Positions 13,029 to 24,899 of a stretch of 64,000 nt of DNA are shown here, piece by piece. Every line of letters begins with the position of its first letter. The first letter of the stretch is position 1. The notes beneath the pieces are model-generated. The model was not told the origin of the DNA, did no database searches, and saw nothing but the letters and a program-made list of their open reading frames with translations. The position numbers and the translations under genes were made by a program. Source of the DNA: Octopus sinensis (Eukaryota); contig NW_021835971.1 in NCBI RefSeq assembly GCF_006345805.1, positions 2,944 to 66,943 on the forward strand, given 5' to 3'.

Positions 13029-15537
13029 TGTCGCGAGCCGAGCGCGCGACCGAGCCCAGCAAGCGACTTTGACACCTGTCATACCTGTCATCCACCTGTC
13101 AGTCTAATTCAGGGGTCACCAAACTTTTTGCACTCGCGGGCCGGATTGACCCCAACACAATGAACGCGGGCCGGAGCACGTGCATAGGATTATAATTTTA
13201 CTAGAAATTCATAAGTGTGTTTTTTACAATAAAAACTAATTTAAACAAAAAAACAAAAATTTTAACGAGAGCTATGGAACTGTGATCTTTTTGGATAACT
13301 TTTTCAATATTTGTTTTAAATTGCTGCATCCTACCATGAGAATTGATTTTAAGTATCCGTCAATCTTGCATGATGGGCAGACTAAACATATTTCATCCTC
13401 GAAAACGTTTGCTCACATTGGTAAGTTGTGCCAAATATAGAAATCATCATCGCAAAATTCTTTAGTCTCGGAAACTCATCATCCTTGATATATTCGTAGA
13501 ACTCAGGGAGTTTGGTCCGTCTGTGACAATCTTTGAGGTGTTCTTTTGATTGTAAGTCAATAACTTCTAATTGTAATTCATGTTGAACATTTTCAACATT
13601 ACAAGAAAATGGATTTTCGAACAAAATTATATCGCTTTCAATTTTGTCAAGTTCAGAAAACTTATGTAAAAAATGATGTTTTAATTCTTTGATAATTCCA
13701 ATTTAGAAAGTAATGTCGATCTCATAAGTTTTTTTTCGAATTAAATCTTGCAAAATAGTTTAATTTTTTAATTAAAGTTTTTATTTAAGTTAATTATTAA
13801 GGTATTAATTGAATATCTCGAAATAGTGCGCGGGCCGGATAAAATGTTGTCGCGGGCCGGATCCGGCCCGCGGGCCGTAGTTTGGTGACGTCTGGTCTAA
13901 TTGATGAATATTCTATAAAATAAAATCATCATATTTTTTTAATAATTTTGGATTATTCTTTACGCTATTCACATTTAATTTATTTTTATTTCATACAAGA
14001 TGTAAATAATTTTTTGCCGGCGTACCATACTCACCCAGATAAAATATTATCCACGCTAGCATAATTTTGTCTACACTTTGTCATGTCGGGCCAGCGTTTG
14101 TTTGTAAAAGATCAAGATGAATATAATTTCCTAAGATCTATACTCAATAATGAGGAGGTCGATCTTCCCAAACATAAGAAGTATCGACTCAAAAAGAAAG
14201 CAGAAAATTTCTTAATTAAAGAGGGGAAACTATATCTTAAAGATGTAAACGGCCTACACAAGCTCGTAATTGCTTCCACGAGCTTAGAAGAGATGAAATT
14301 AATTGCACGTGAGATTCATGAAGCTAATCATTGCGGACATAATGCTTTGGAAGCCTTATGTAGGCGAAGATTTTTTATATCGAGAAGAGAGATCATTCGC
14401 CAAGTTGTTAAAGAATGCAATATCTGCAAATTTTCAGTTCCACTAAAACAATATGATGATTCAACTCACTCATATTGTTGCTGATTTACCTAATGAAAGA
14501 TTTTAAGTAGATTTAATTGATCTTAAACGGTATAAAATTAACTTATTTAGTAGATTTAAAAATGAAAACAATGATTTTTCTTGGTTAATGTCTGTAATAG
14601 ACGTATATTCGAAATATGCGTTTACAAGGAATCTTAAAAATAAAAGTGAAGTAGAGGTGGCGAATAATCTGAATGATATTTTTATGGATTTTGGTCCCTG
14701 CAAGTTTCTCCAATCAGACAACGGAACATAATTCAAAAATTCTCATGTGACAAAAGTATGTGAAGAGTTTTGTGTTCGACAAATACATGGAAGACCAAAC
14801 AATCCTCAGAGTCAGGGAATTGTTGAACGATTTAATCAGACGGTCACAAGGAGCCTTTCAAAAATTATGAGTTTGGATGACACCAAAGAGTGGGTAAAAC
14901 ACATAAGAAAGACTGTGTTTTTGTACAATCAAACACCTCATTTATCTACAGGTGAATTATTTGTCTTAAATTTTTTGCAGGCGTTAGCCCCTTTGAGAGA
15001 TATCGTGGAATTCCTGGATTCAATACTGTTTCAGGAAATACTGATGCAGAGGCAGCCGAACTTCAATAAACTCCCGAAACTAACAGTAAATGTTTTAAAT
15101 TCAACTAAAGATGAATTCGAACTCAACTTCCCAAAAGTTAACTTGGATTCTCCGTATTATAAGAGAATGAACAGGAAGATGGGAGTACAAAATATGCATT
15201 AAAAATTGGAGACATCGTATTTATTTTATAATTACTTAAAATGTTCGCATTCAAAAGATTATGGGACGAATCCTTCCTTGAGATTAACCAGGTTTGAACA
15301 TCCATACGGGGATCCATTCACTATTGTTGCAAAACAGTCTAACAATTTTGTCAATGTGGAAAATAGTGATGGATCAGTAATGAAAGTACATGCCAAACGA
15401 CTCAAGAAGTTAGATAACAGTCAGAAATAATAATTGTCCTTGATCTATCAATAAAATAAGTTATTTTGACATTGATTGACATTGAGTAAATTTGATTGGT
15501 CGCGTCTAGCGCTCGGTCGCTCGCTCGGCTCGCGACA
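13029..15537 (+). mobile_element. Ginger-like integrase DNA transposon C (decayed near-full-length)
   Basis: TIR TGTCGCGAGCCGAGCG at both ends, TSD TAATA (13024-13028 and 15538-15542). It encodes an H2C2 zinc-binding region (HEANHCG...CNIC), an rve core (VDLIDL, LQSDNGT, GRPNNPQSQGIVERFNQT) and a GPY/F-like C-terminus (HPYGDPFTI). Confidence 0.9.
13110..13894 (-). mobile_element. Non-autonomous hAT element (GTF2IRD2/SPIN-like) nested in Ginger C
   Basis: TIRs CAGGGGTCACCAAACT / AGTTTGGTGACGTCTG, 8-bp TSD GTCTAATT. It carries a C-terminal transposase remnant (LQLEVIDLQ...SIFGTTYQCEQTFSRMK). Confidence 0.9.
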
Positions 15538-15599
15538 TAATATCAACGATGAAAATTGTGACTCTTAAAAATAAAAGTCGTCAAAAGCTTTTCGGAATT

Positions 15600-15960
15600 T
15601 GGTCTACTTCCAGATGTTACCTCCATGGAAAGGGGAATTTGGTTATAGTAAATGAAAAAATAAATTCTGCTGTATATATCAACATTTTAATAAATAATTT
15701 GTGGAAATCGGCAGATAAAATTGGGCTAAATCGTTTTATTTGCCAACAAGATTTGGCCCCCTGTCATAATTCACGGAGAACAAAACAATTTTGGATGAGA
15801 AAAAAATTGAATTATTAAATTGGGCACCACAATCACCAGATTTGAACCCAATTGAACATGTCTGCATAGTAAAAAGGATTTATGCGAAAATTTCATAAAA
15901 ATTTGGGACTAAATACCAACGGAATTTGTGAGAAAATTAACTGAAAGCATGCCAAGAAGA
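15600..15960 (+). mobile_element. Tc1-like DDE transposase fragment
   Basis: GKGNLVIVNEKINSAVYINIL...QQDLAPCH...WAPQSPDLNPIEHV (frameshifted). Confidence 0.75.
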
Positions 15961-16019
15961 AGCATTGAGCTTTATAAGGCACACGGAGGACACATTAATT
16001 ATTAATCATTTGACCTGTA

Positions 16020-16340
16020 TAAAGAAGATCAATTTTGTAAAAGCCTTCCTTTGGAACTGTGGAAGAACTTATCCGCCAGGGGTAGAGACCCTTTACAAGC
16101 AGTATATCGAGTCAACAATAGGCTATGCATGTGCTGCTTGGGGCTGTAACCTGGCGGCAAAAATCGAAAAAATTCAAGAAAGATCTATCAACCTACTGAA
16201 GGACCATACCGATAGGGAAATTGTCCATAGAACACTGGAGTCTCTCGTAGAGGCAAATGGGGGGGATCGTGGAAATGGACCACAAACCATTCACCGTACA
16301 TACAGAAAGTGTGTGGTGTGTGGAACATCGTGAAAAGATG
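16020..16340 (+). mobile_element. Non-LTR retrotransposon post-RT fragment (CR1/L2/Jockey-like)
   Basis: LYKQYIESTIGYACAAWG...KIEKIQER resembles the conserved post-RT region. Confidence 0.5.
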
Positions 16341-16599
16341 GCTTGACTGTTGAGAAGTGTCGGAATCACCTGAACGTGTTAGTTAATTGGTTAAGACGGT
16401 GATTTTGTTTGGCTTAAATAATAATAATCCGGTTTTTTTACACAGAAAAAATTTAATATAGTCAGTTTAGCTGTACAAAAAGATTATTGAAAAATTATAA
16501 AAAGAAAAGTTACGAAAATTATCATTATAAATTAAAAAAATCTAAAATTAAAAACAGAATATCAAAAAAATTAAGCATTCGAAAATCCATTTTTTATTA

Positions 16600-17000
16600 C
16601 ATGGAGTGTGATTCGCCTTTTGTGGTGGCGCAAAAATCCAGTTATTGGATTAATGAAAAAAGAATCATTCGCTCATCCCCCCGCGACTATCGTCAGTCCG
16701 GGGCGGCCTTCTCTGTCGACCTCACTTTCCCGTTTTGCCCTTCTCACTATCTGTGGGGATGTGGAATCTAATCCCGGCCCAAAGAGACGTATATCAATTC
16801 TCCAACTAATTCTCCAGCTCCACCCTTATCTCACTGCAATGGAGAAGGGGATAATTATAAAGAAGATTGCTTTGGTACCCTCGCGTGCCAACACACTGGC
16901 CGAGGTAATAAAGACGATGAGAACCGTTGAGCATCCGCAAATTCAGATGTGCGGCCAGGTCCCTTTACAATCAATCGATGAATACAATTTCATACAGTAA
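16600..17000 (+). mobile_element. Internally deleted Ingi/Vingi-like non-LTR element with a 2A-like (StopGo) peptide
   Basis: LSRFALLTICGDVESNPGP (DVESNPGP at 16758-16781) is followed by RISILQL, which resembles the start of an APE domain. The sequence then jumps abruptly to unrelated or 3' sequence. Confidence 0.65.
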
Positions 17001-17399
17001 AATATAAAAAAAAATATAGAAATCGTCGAGAATAGGGTTTTGTAGAAAAGTTAAAATATGTATTGAATAGTTAAAATGTAAAAAAGATTAAATTATTGCA
17101 AAAATAAGACCAATACAATTACAAAATATCAAATATTATAAGAAATTCTGTAAGCCAACAATATATTTAATCAATTTTAATACAAAATTAACCATTAATA
17201 CAAGAAAATAAATTAAAAAATAAAACAATAAGCAACAACAAAACAAAATATAAACAATAACGTGCGAATATTTTATTATAATAAAATTAAAATTTTTTTC
17301 TTGACTTTATTTATAATAATCATATAACTATCAAATAGATAGAGCTATATCCCGTTTTTAAACTAATAATAAATTAATAGTTAATCAGAAACTAAGCAG

Positions 17400-18000
17400 A
17401 TCTCACTCCAGCTCGCTGATATCCACTCTCCTTCTCTTGAGAAAAAGAGTCTACTTCCAGCGCCTCTTACTCCCCACTACCACATCTGATTCAACCATTG
17501 CATCTTCTTTAGCATTCATGGGGTCTCTTCATTTTTGCATGCCATCTCCAATACCGGTTGGAAGCAGAAGCGTATTCTTCACCAGATTACCTTCATTCCG
17601 TGCTTGTGTTCGATCATCATACTCTCGAGCGTTCTTTTCAGTACAACGGATTGGATGTATGTCCTCGTTCCTGCTTCAATAGATAGTTTTTCATATAATT
17701 TTTAAAGCATTTCGAGACAACTCCATCCCATGTCATAACCACAGGAATTATTTTTACTTGACAGCTATACAGAAGCGAAAGCTCACTTGCCATAGGTCAT
17801 ACTTGTGACACTTTAAACTCCACTTGCTTGAGGCGATCCTGTGAAGTAATACCCACTTCAATTAGATTTATTTCGTTTCTGACTTTGTCGTGGAAAAGAT
17901 ATCTGCTTGTTATATTCTACTTTTGTTTCGGTGAGGATTGTAATAAAAATATATCAAATAATCATATAACTCGGACCACAAGGGTATTTTCAAATTTTGA
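17400..18000 (-). mobile_element. Degenerate 3' fragment of the RLE-type (R4-like) retrotransposon family
   Basis: FHDKVRNEINLIEVGITSQDRLKQVE...IIPVVMTWDGVV, homologous to 1-540. Confidence 0.8.
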
Positions 18001-18856
18001 GAATTGTTGAAATCACCTAATATTATCCTAATTAACTGTTGGTAATTCTTAGGTTAAATAAATAAAACAATAAAATAAAACTAACTAGGATTGACGAGTG
18101 ATGCCGTCATCAGTGATACAACTGCGGAACCAAATGTCTACTTCAGCCACACGAAAAAGAAAAAATGATGTAGCAGGACACATGTCTTCGTTCGGGTCGT
18201 CTTCCTTTGGATTAGTTAGTTTCCTAATAACATGTTCTCTCTCTGTTTTGATCTTATGTGGCTGGCACAAGCGAGATGTTAAAATTTCGTTCTCATCTTG
18301 CGACAGGACTTGTTGTTGTTAACTATCAAAGAAATAATGGCTTACGAAACGAAGTTTAGTAACTTGATACTAACTTGATAGTAATTTCTTTGCACTATAG
18401 AGTAATTGCCAGAAAAAAATTGTTGAAAATTTGGCTTCTCAGTGTGATAAAGATTTTAATCAGCGATTATCTCAGGAGACACAATAAAGTTGTTTCCAAA
18501 CGCTGTATTTTTTGATGTTTGTTCTTTCAGACCGTTTGTTGAAGTTTTGCTTTCAATTTATTTCTTTTATAATTTATTAATTATAAAAATCAGAAGTTTT
18601 AGAAAATTTTATTAAACTATTTCATGATGAGATATTCAAATAGAATGCTTTCCGTACTAGTTTATTTTGTTTAAAGTAAAGACTGTCTAACTAGCATGTG
18701 CTAACTACAGCAAAGGCACGCTAGCATGTGATTACGTACTACCACACCAAGATCAATTACGAGTTTTATTAAAACGATCTTAATATAATTATATAATACA
18801 GCTGATAACATTACTCGCGAGGGGCCCTTTGTTACTAGTCTCGAGCAATGTTAACG

Positions 18857-18927
18857 TCCCCGATAGTATAATGGTTAGTATGCCGCGTTGTCATCGCGGT
18901 GGCCGGGTTCGATTCCCGGTCGGGGAG
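18857..18927 (+). tRNA. trnD-GTC: tRNA-Asp(GTC)
   Basis: Acceptor stem TCCCCGA/TCGGGGA, D-loop TGG, anticodon stem CCGCG/CGCGG with loop TTGTCAT, T-loop TTCGATT. It is followed immediately by a T-run Pol III terminator. Confidence 0.93.
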
Positions 18928-18933
18928 TTTTTT
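18928..18933 (+). terminator. Pol III oligo-T terminator of tRNA-Asp
   Basis: TTTTTT directly after the discriminator base. Confidence 0.75.
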
Positions 18934-19244
18934 GCAATCGTTATTTTAAATTCTCAGATTTTTTAAAAGGCAGTTTTAAATTGCCTAATTTTCATTATAT
19001 GTGTTATTAATGTCTAAATCTGATTTGAACTTAAAGATATATTCAAGGTTTTTGTACAGCTGAGTCTATTCGCGAGGTGCAAGCTCCGCAAATTGATTGG
19101 CAGCATAGGTGTACTCTTCTTTGTCAGCCTACACTCCTTGTCTGTATCTCGAAAGATAAATTTTTAAGAAAAAAAGTATTAATCAAAATCACAAACGTAA
19201 TTATTATCGATTCATTCTCTTCATCGCCTATCATGTCATCTGCC

Positions 19245-19745
19245 ACATCCCTCGGGTCTGCTGCGGAAAAAGCTGAAACAGCTAAAATAAAAAAATAACA
19301 AGAACTCGGACGCCCCTCGAGACATCGGGCATCGCCCGGCCTCTAACCTCGGCCTTTATCAGCGACATTAGGAGAAAATTGGCCCATAGGACGAAAGAGC
19401 CACTCAAGGTTTTGTGGCTATTGCAGAGGATATCCATTGCATATTCCGTGGAAACACGCACGCGGTACTTACCGCAGGAGGAAGCGCGCTTTAGCCCCTC
19501 GGAGATTCATTTTTGTTCATTCCTAACTTACTTTTTATATAACAATTTTGATCCGGCTCCGCAGCTAACCTAACAGAAACGCTAAAAATCAAGAAATACA
19601 GTGCATTATTGCACCGTTATATCTTTACCCCGATCGCAGTGGAGACGTCGGTCACATAACTAAAAAAATCCTTATTAAATTGGGGGACCTGGCAAGCAGA
19701 AGGAGGAATGATCATCGGGAACGGACATGGCTTTTCACGCAGAAA
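19245..19745 (+). mobile_element. Scrambled CRE-like 3' remnants
   Basis: GSAAEKAETAKIKK; PLETSGIARPLTSAFISDIRRKLAHRTKEP...WLLQRISIA; YIFTPIAVETS. Confidence 0.7.
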
Positions 19746-21599
19746 CTTAAAAAATTCAAAAAAATAATTATGATAACTAATGAGACACATGTGCATGTTT
19801 CTGTGTTCGCAAAATTTCCAGACAGGGATAAATTTGCGACAAACATATTCAGACGTTATCTACAAGACAAAAATTTGTTTCTCTTATTTCATTTAATGTC
19901 GACGAGATCTTGTATGGAAAAAGTTCGTAGAGAAAGTTCGTTTAATCTTGTATGGAAATTTAAAACATATCTGTCGACAATTTAACAAAACTAACAAAAT
20001 TTGGTTAATTACAATAAAAAAGGCTCATTCTTCAGACATAAAATTTTAATAAGTATGAAAATATGCAAAAATATGGTTGTGTAGAAAATCCAAAAAATAT
20101 CAAATTGTTCAAAAAAAGATTAAAATTATTTTATATAGGCGCCAAAATGATAATCTTTATCAAAACTAGATAACTGTCAATAATCATATGACTACATTTT
20201 TAATCTAAACTGTCCTGTTACATCCTCTGAAGGTGAACCTATCCAAAGTGGTTTATAATGTGAATCCTATTGGATTTGACGTCAGATAGTAAAATAAAAT
20301 TATCAAACAAAATAATGATTTTTTATTTAATCATAATCGACTTTGATAGATTAAAGCAGTCAGACCATTGATATTTATGGAAATTTAGCGACTTTAAAAC
20401 TATTAATCGTTTTATTTTAAATTAAATTTTTTCAGAAATATATTGATTAATGAAAAAAAATCATGCAAAATGTATAAAAGTTAACAACTAAGCTTAATAT
20501 TGCTTTGTCGAAATTGGTATAAAAATTGTCAAACTTGAACTGAAAATGGTATATATTGAGTAGTTCGCCTTTTTATCGTATTTTTAGAATGTTTAATTTC
20601 CTTAATGAAAAATCTTGATCACACAAATTTTCTTATTAGACATTTTCTTAAAAAATTAAAAATGTTTTCATTTTATATTGAGAATAAACAACCGTCTATA
20701 TAGATTTAAACTATTTGAAAACGAATGTATATTTTTTATTACAATTAAGATAATCTTAAAAAGTATTTTTGCATTCATTAAAGACGTCTCAGGTTCCGTA
20801 AAATGTATGATTAGTAAGTTTCTCTTATTTTATAACTTCACAGTAACCAATCATTTAGTTCGTGCAGTTACGATGCAATTATCTTTTCAAATATTCTCTG
20901 ACTCTACTTAAATGACATATTTTTGGAATATTGTTGCATTCTGTATTTCTGGGAAGTTTTTGTATCTGGTCTTGTTCTTAATATTCAATTACTAATGATC
21001 TGCTGTTTGATTTAGTAATACATATCAGTTTAATAATACATATGAGTGGTTAATGACAAATTTTGGCAAATTTTTTGATTACAATCATCTTGTAATAGAT
21101 AAAAGACTTGTAAATAATTTTCGCTTATTTGTTTTACAAACTTAAACAACTTTTTTTGATTCACTCCATATGGTAAAAGATTCTGTCATTTTTTCAAAAG
21201 TAGATAGAAAATTTTATTTTATTTGTTTGTTTTATTTTGAAAAAATATATTAGATACCCAAAACTTCTTCCTGGACGACAATTACTTCGCCCGGTGGTTC
21301 ATAAAAACTAATATGGACATCTTTATTAAGATTAGATTTGAATTTTTCTTTGCTATTCGGAACTAGTGAATATAATTCTAACAAAATTTATATCTTTTGA
21401 ATTGTAAATTATTTAGATTTCTTTATTCATAGTTAATTAAAGTCATTAATTAAATGATTTTAAAATTGTATTTATTATCTGCGTCGTCCAAAAAAGATTT
21501 TCAATAAATAGGATATGTGTTACTTATTAGTAGGTTGGTACTCTGTACGTCTTCATTAATGTAAACCACCTGAATTTGTGTTCTTAGCTGAATTCAAAC

Positions 21600-21990
21600 A
21601 GACTCACAATATTAAATGTTATTTATTTAATTTTTTAAAGTTTTAAATTTATCGAATTAATTACAATGAATTATAATGTGTTAAGCACGTTATTTTATTT
21701 TCTTGTTTTGTGGTTTTGGTTGTTAATTCTTATTTCATTCTTTTTTTATAAATGTTTTATTTTTATTCTATTTTTTATTTGTTTGAAGATTAATTAAATT
21801 GACTACTGGTAAAATATCATGGATAAAGTTTATTTTGCAAGTGAATTTGTATTCATTTTATCGATTAATTAATCTTCATTCAATGCATTTTTTTAAAGTA
21901 AATTATTTTTTCTACTATTTTATTGCTTATTTTGATCTTTTTAGTTTTTTGTCATCTGAAATTATTAATTTTTCTTTACTATTTTAGAGA
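21600..21990. repeat. Dispersed AT-rich repeat, copy 1 (others at about 32950-33310 and 39140-39500)
   Basis: Shared core GTTTGAAGATTAATT(A/C)AATTGACTACTGGTAAAATATC...TTTATTTTGCAAGT at about 21781, 33119 and 39320. Confidence 0.8.
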
Positions 21991-22011
21991 TTAAATATGT
22001 CTTTGTTTCTT

Positions 22012-22640
22012 TACAGGGTATTTCATAAATATATCCTCTTATTCCATAAATATATCGTATAATTTCATATAAATATCCTCTTATTTCATAAATATATCGT
22101 ATAGTAATGTTCGTATGTCGTATACGTATATTTCAAGTTACATTAACAAAGACCAACTTTTAATTTAAAAAACAAATGTTAATTAATTCTGTGAATAATC
22201 GCATTCACTCTATTCAAAAATGACCGGTAGTATTCTGTAAACATTGAATATGACGAAAGCGATTGTATAACATCTTTTAAGTTTCCTTTTAAAGCCTTCT
22301 GATTCATAGCTCTTGGACGTATTCGCCTTTGTTGTCCCAAATACATTTTCGATAGGATTTAAGTCAGGTGAATAAGGAGGTAAAAACAAATACTAAACAC
22401 TATGTGTTTCGAAAAAATTAACAAAATTTGAAGAATGATGAAATTTAACATTATCTAAAATTATCACAGAATCATCAGTGAAAATTCCTTTTGTACAACA
22501 TTCATTGATAAACTCAGTAAAAATAATTGTGCTGTACGCACCATCAATTATTTTAGAAAGTTCTATTCCCATTATGGATATTATTGAACACAACGATATA
22601 TTTTTTCCCTTTGATGCAGGTTGATATAGAATCGGATCAT
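22012..22640 (-). mobile_element. IS630/Tc1-family transposon relic with tandem subterminal repeats
   Basis: IILDNVKFHH...FLPPYSPDLNPIENVFG. The TA|CAGGG terminus has repeated ATATCCTCTTAT/ATAAATATATCGTATA units (22030-22105). Confidence 0.7.
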
Positions 22641-22679
22641 GATTTACATTAATATAAAAAAGAATGAAATAAGAATCAA

Positions 22680-23530
22680 CAACCAAAAGCACAACAACAC
22701 AAGTTGCATCCCAAATCAGGGACTTGCCTTTCCTGGAAGGGAAGGTAGTCATCCAGGACGCTTTCCAGCACTCCGACCGAGACCGACTGGCTCTAGAGTG
22801 GAGGGGAAACCTGCCGACTCTAGTGCCTTTTTGATGACGTCATTGAGGTGAGTGTGGCGAGGAATTCTGCCAGCACTCTTCTTGTACGATGAATATGCAA
22901 ATTTGACAATTAAGTCATTTTCCCTGAACAATTTTGCATCTTCAATATCATTTTCATCAAGAAAATTCATATATGCATTGTGTGTTATATTTTTTGAATT
23001 TGTCTTATATTTTGTGAATTCGTAAAAATTAATAATGGACGCATTTTTGAACAATGCCGCCAGTTCTATATCATGTTGTAAATTAATGAGTTCTAGTTGA
23101 AACTTTGCAGGCGCATCCTTAATTTCCACGCTGAATGGAGTTGCGAATATTTTCATTAAAGGAAGGAATTCTTTAAAATTCTAAAAATTAAATTTATATA
23201 AATGTACCCCAAAACGTGCTTCAAATTGATTAATGAAATCACCAATTATGGATATGTTTAACCTTAAGAATGAATAATTGAATTTAAAAATCCTGGGGGC
23301 TGCATTTGAGAACCGCTGGTCTAATCCAACCGGCCCCGGGACAGAAGGGAATTCAGCGGCGTTGAGCGCGCGCTTAACAATATTATTCAAGACAGCATGC
23401 CTGGGTATTCAACCGGCACTGAGGCGACAAGAGAGGGGGTGTAGGCTTCTCCTGTCAATGATTTTACCGCATCTGCACTGATGTGACTGGCAAATCTCGA
23501 TCCCAATTCGTAGACACAAACCAATGTGAT
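22680..23530 (-). mobile_element. Mosaic of two CRE-like RLE fragments and a hAT C-terminal fragment
   Basis: [32 protein letters not shown] and HPLSCRLSAG...RALNAAEFPSVPGPVGLD flank [24 protein letters not shown]. Confidence 0.7.
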
Positions 23531-24230
23531 TGTCTGATTAAATCTTTTAACTATCCCCTGACTTTGGGAATTGTTGGGTCGTCTATGAATTTAAACAATT
23601 TTGTACTCTTGACGGAGTTTTCTTATATGGTCATTCTCGAATTCCGTACCATTGTCTGATTGCAAGTATTTACAAGGCCTGTGATCCATAAAAATTTCTT
23701 CTAATTTATTGGCAGCTTCTCTTCCTTCTACAACTTCAAGATGTTTACGTCGATGTGTTCGTTCAGATTCTCTCTTTTGGTGTGTATATATTGGAATCCA
23801 TATAGACTTTTCGTACTACTTTCATACCAACTTCATATCAACATCGTTAGCCTATTTTTTTCGCTTAACCATTTTTTCCGCTCGTTTGTCAGATGATTTT
23901 ATTATTACACAACGATCTTCTGTTACTTTAAATATCCATTTTGAATATTTTAGTTCGATCTCTGGATTGATTTCTGTATTATTCCAGCTTGGCTAAATTT
24001 CTCCCGTTTTTGTGAATAATACTATTGTCATTGCCTTCAATAGAAATCATTCCATTGGGTAATATTTCAATAATACGATAAATTTGAACGTTCAAATGTT
24101 CATTTAAAGCGCCTTTACGTGTTTTCTTATTGTTGTCTACATGTACTCTTCTAATAACTTTGTCTTCAAATTTAAAAATTGGAATGTCATTATTCCACAT
24201 TTGCTTTTTATGATCGTTTTCAGTACGAGA
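23530..24230 (-). mobile_element. Decayed Ginger-like integrase fragment
   Basis: YLQSDNGTEFEN...RPNNSQSQGIVKRFNQT and a C-terminal QIYRIIEILPNGMISIE. Confidence 0.65.
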
Positions 24231-24600
24231 ATTGACTGGCATGGGCGCAGAAGCCATAAAGACATTAAAAAGCGTGGGACTCACCACAGTGCCCTGAGGG
24301 ATCCCGCGAAGGACTGTTGTGACTTTAGAAAAGACTCCCTGATGCCGCACGACCTGTCCGCGAAATTCAAGGAACCCTGACAGCCAGCGCCTTAGATACG
24401 GAGAAACCCCCATGTGGCGAGCGAGCTTCGGATGCCTTCGTGCCACACCGAGTCGAAGGCCTTTTCAGTGTCAAGACTAACTAACATACCACACTCTTTC
24501 TTCTGGAGGGCGCACTTCATCTCAGTGGACACCTTCCACAAGCAGTCTCCATACGAACGACTCTCCCTGAAGCTCCATTGGAATTTGAAAGGTGAAAAAA
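24230..24600 (-). mobile_element. Ingi/Jockey-type RT fragment
   Basis: DTEKAFDSVWHE...WLSGFLEFRGQVV...GIPQGTVVSPTLFNVF. Confidence 0.75.
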
Positions 24601-24899
24601 AGTGGACATCTTAACGTGTGAAGGATCTTGAGGACGGAAAAGTGGTTTCTCATGTGGAAAATGCTTGATTTTATATAATTTCGGCATCAGAAATTAACAA
24701 AAGGAAAACGAAGTGCATCGTCGACTAGTGAACGATCCTTGTTAGTCCGAAAAATTCAAATCGACTTTCCCTTGGGATTTCTTGTGAAAAGCAATTCGAA
24801 CAAGAACTTGATTTGATGACAATTTGAATTGCATCAAATAAAGTGGTTGGGCTAATATCGTAACTCTCATCGACCTGGCCATCGTAACTCTCATTCAAC

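Noticed and set aside
20700-21600. Possible transposase remnant (PGEVIVV, Merlin-like) on the minus strand
   Set aside because: Too degraded; one short motif is insufficient.
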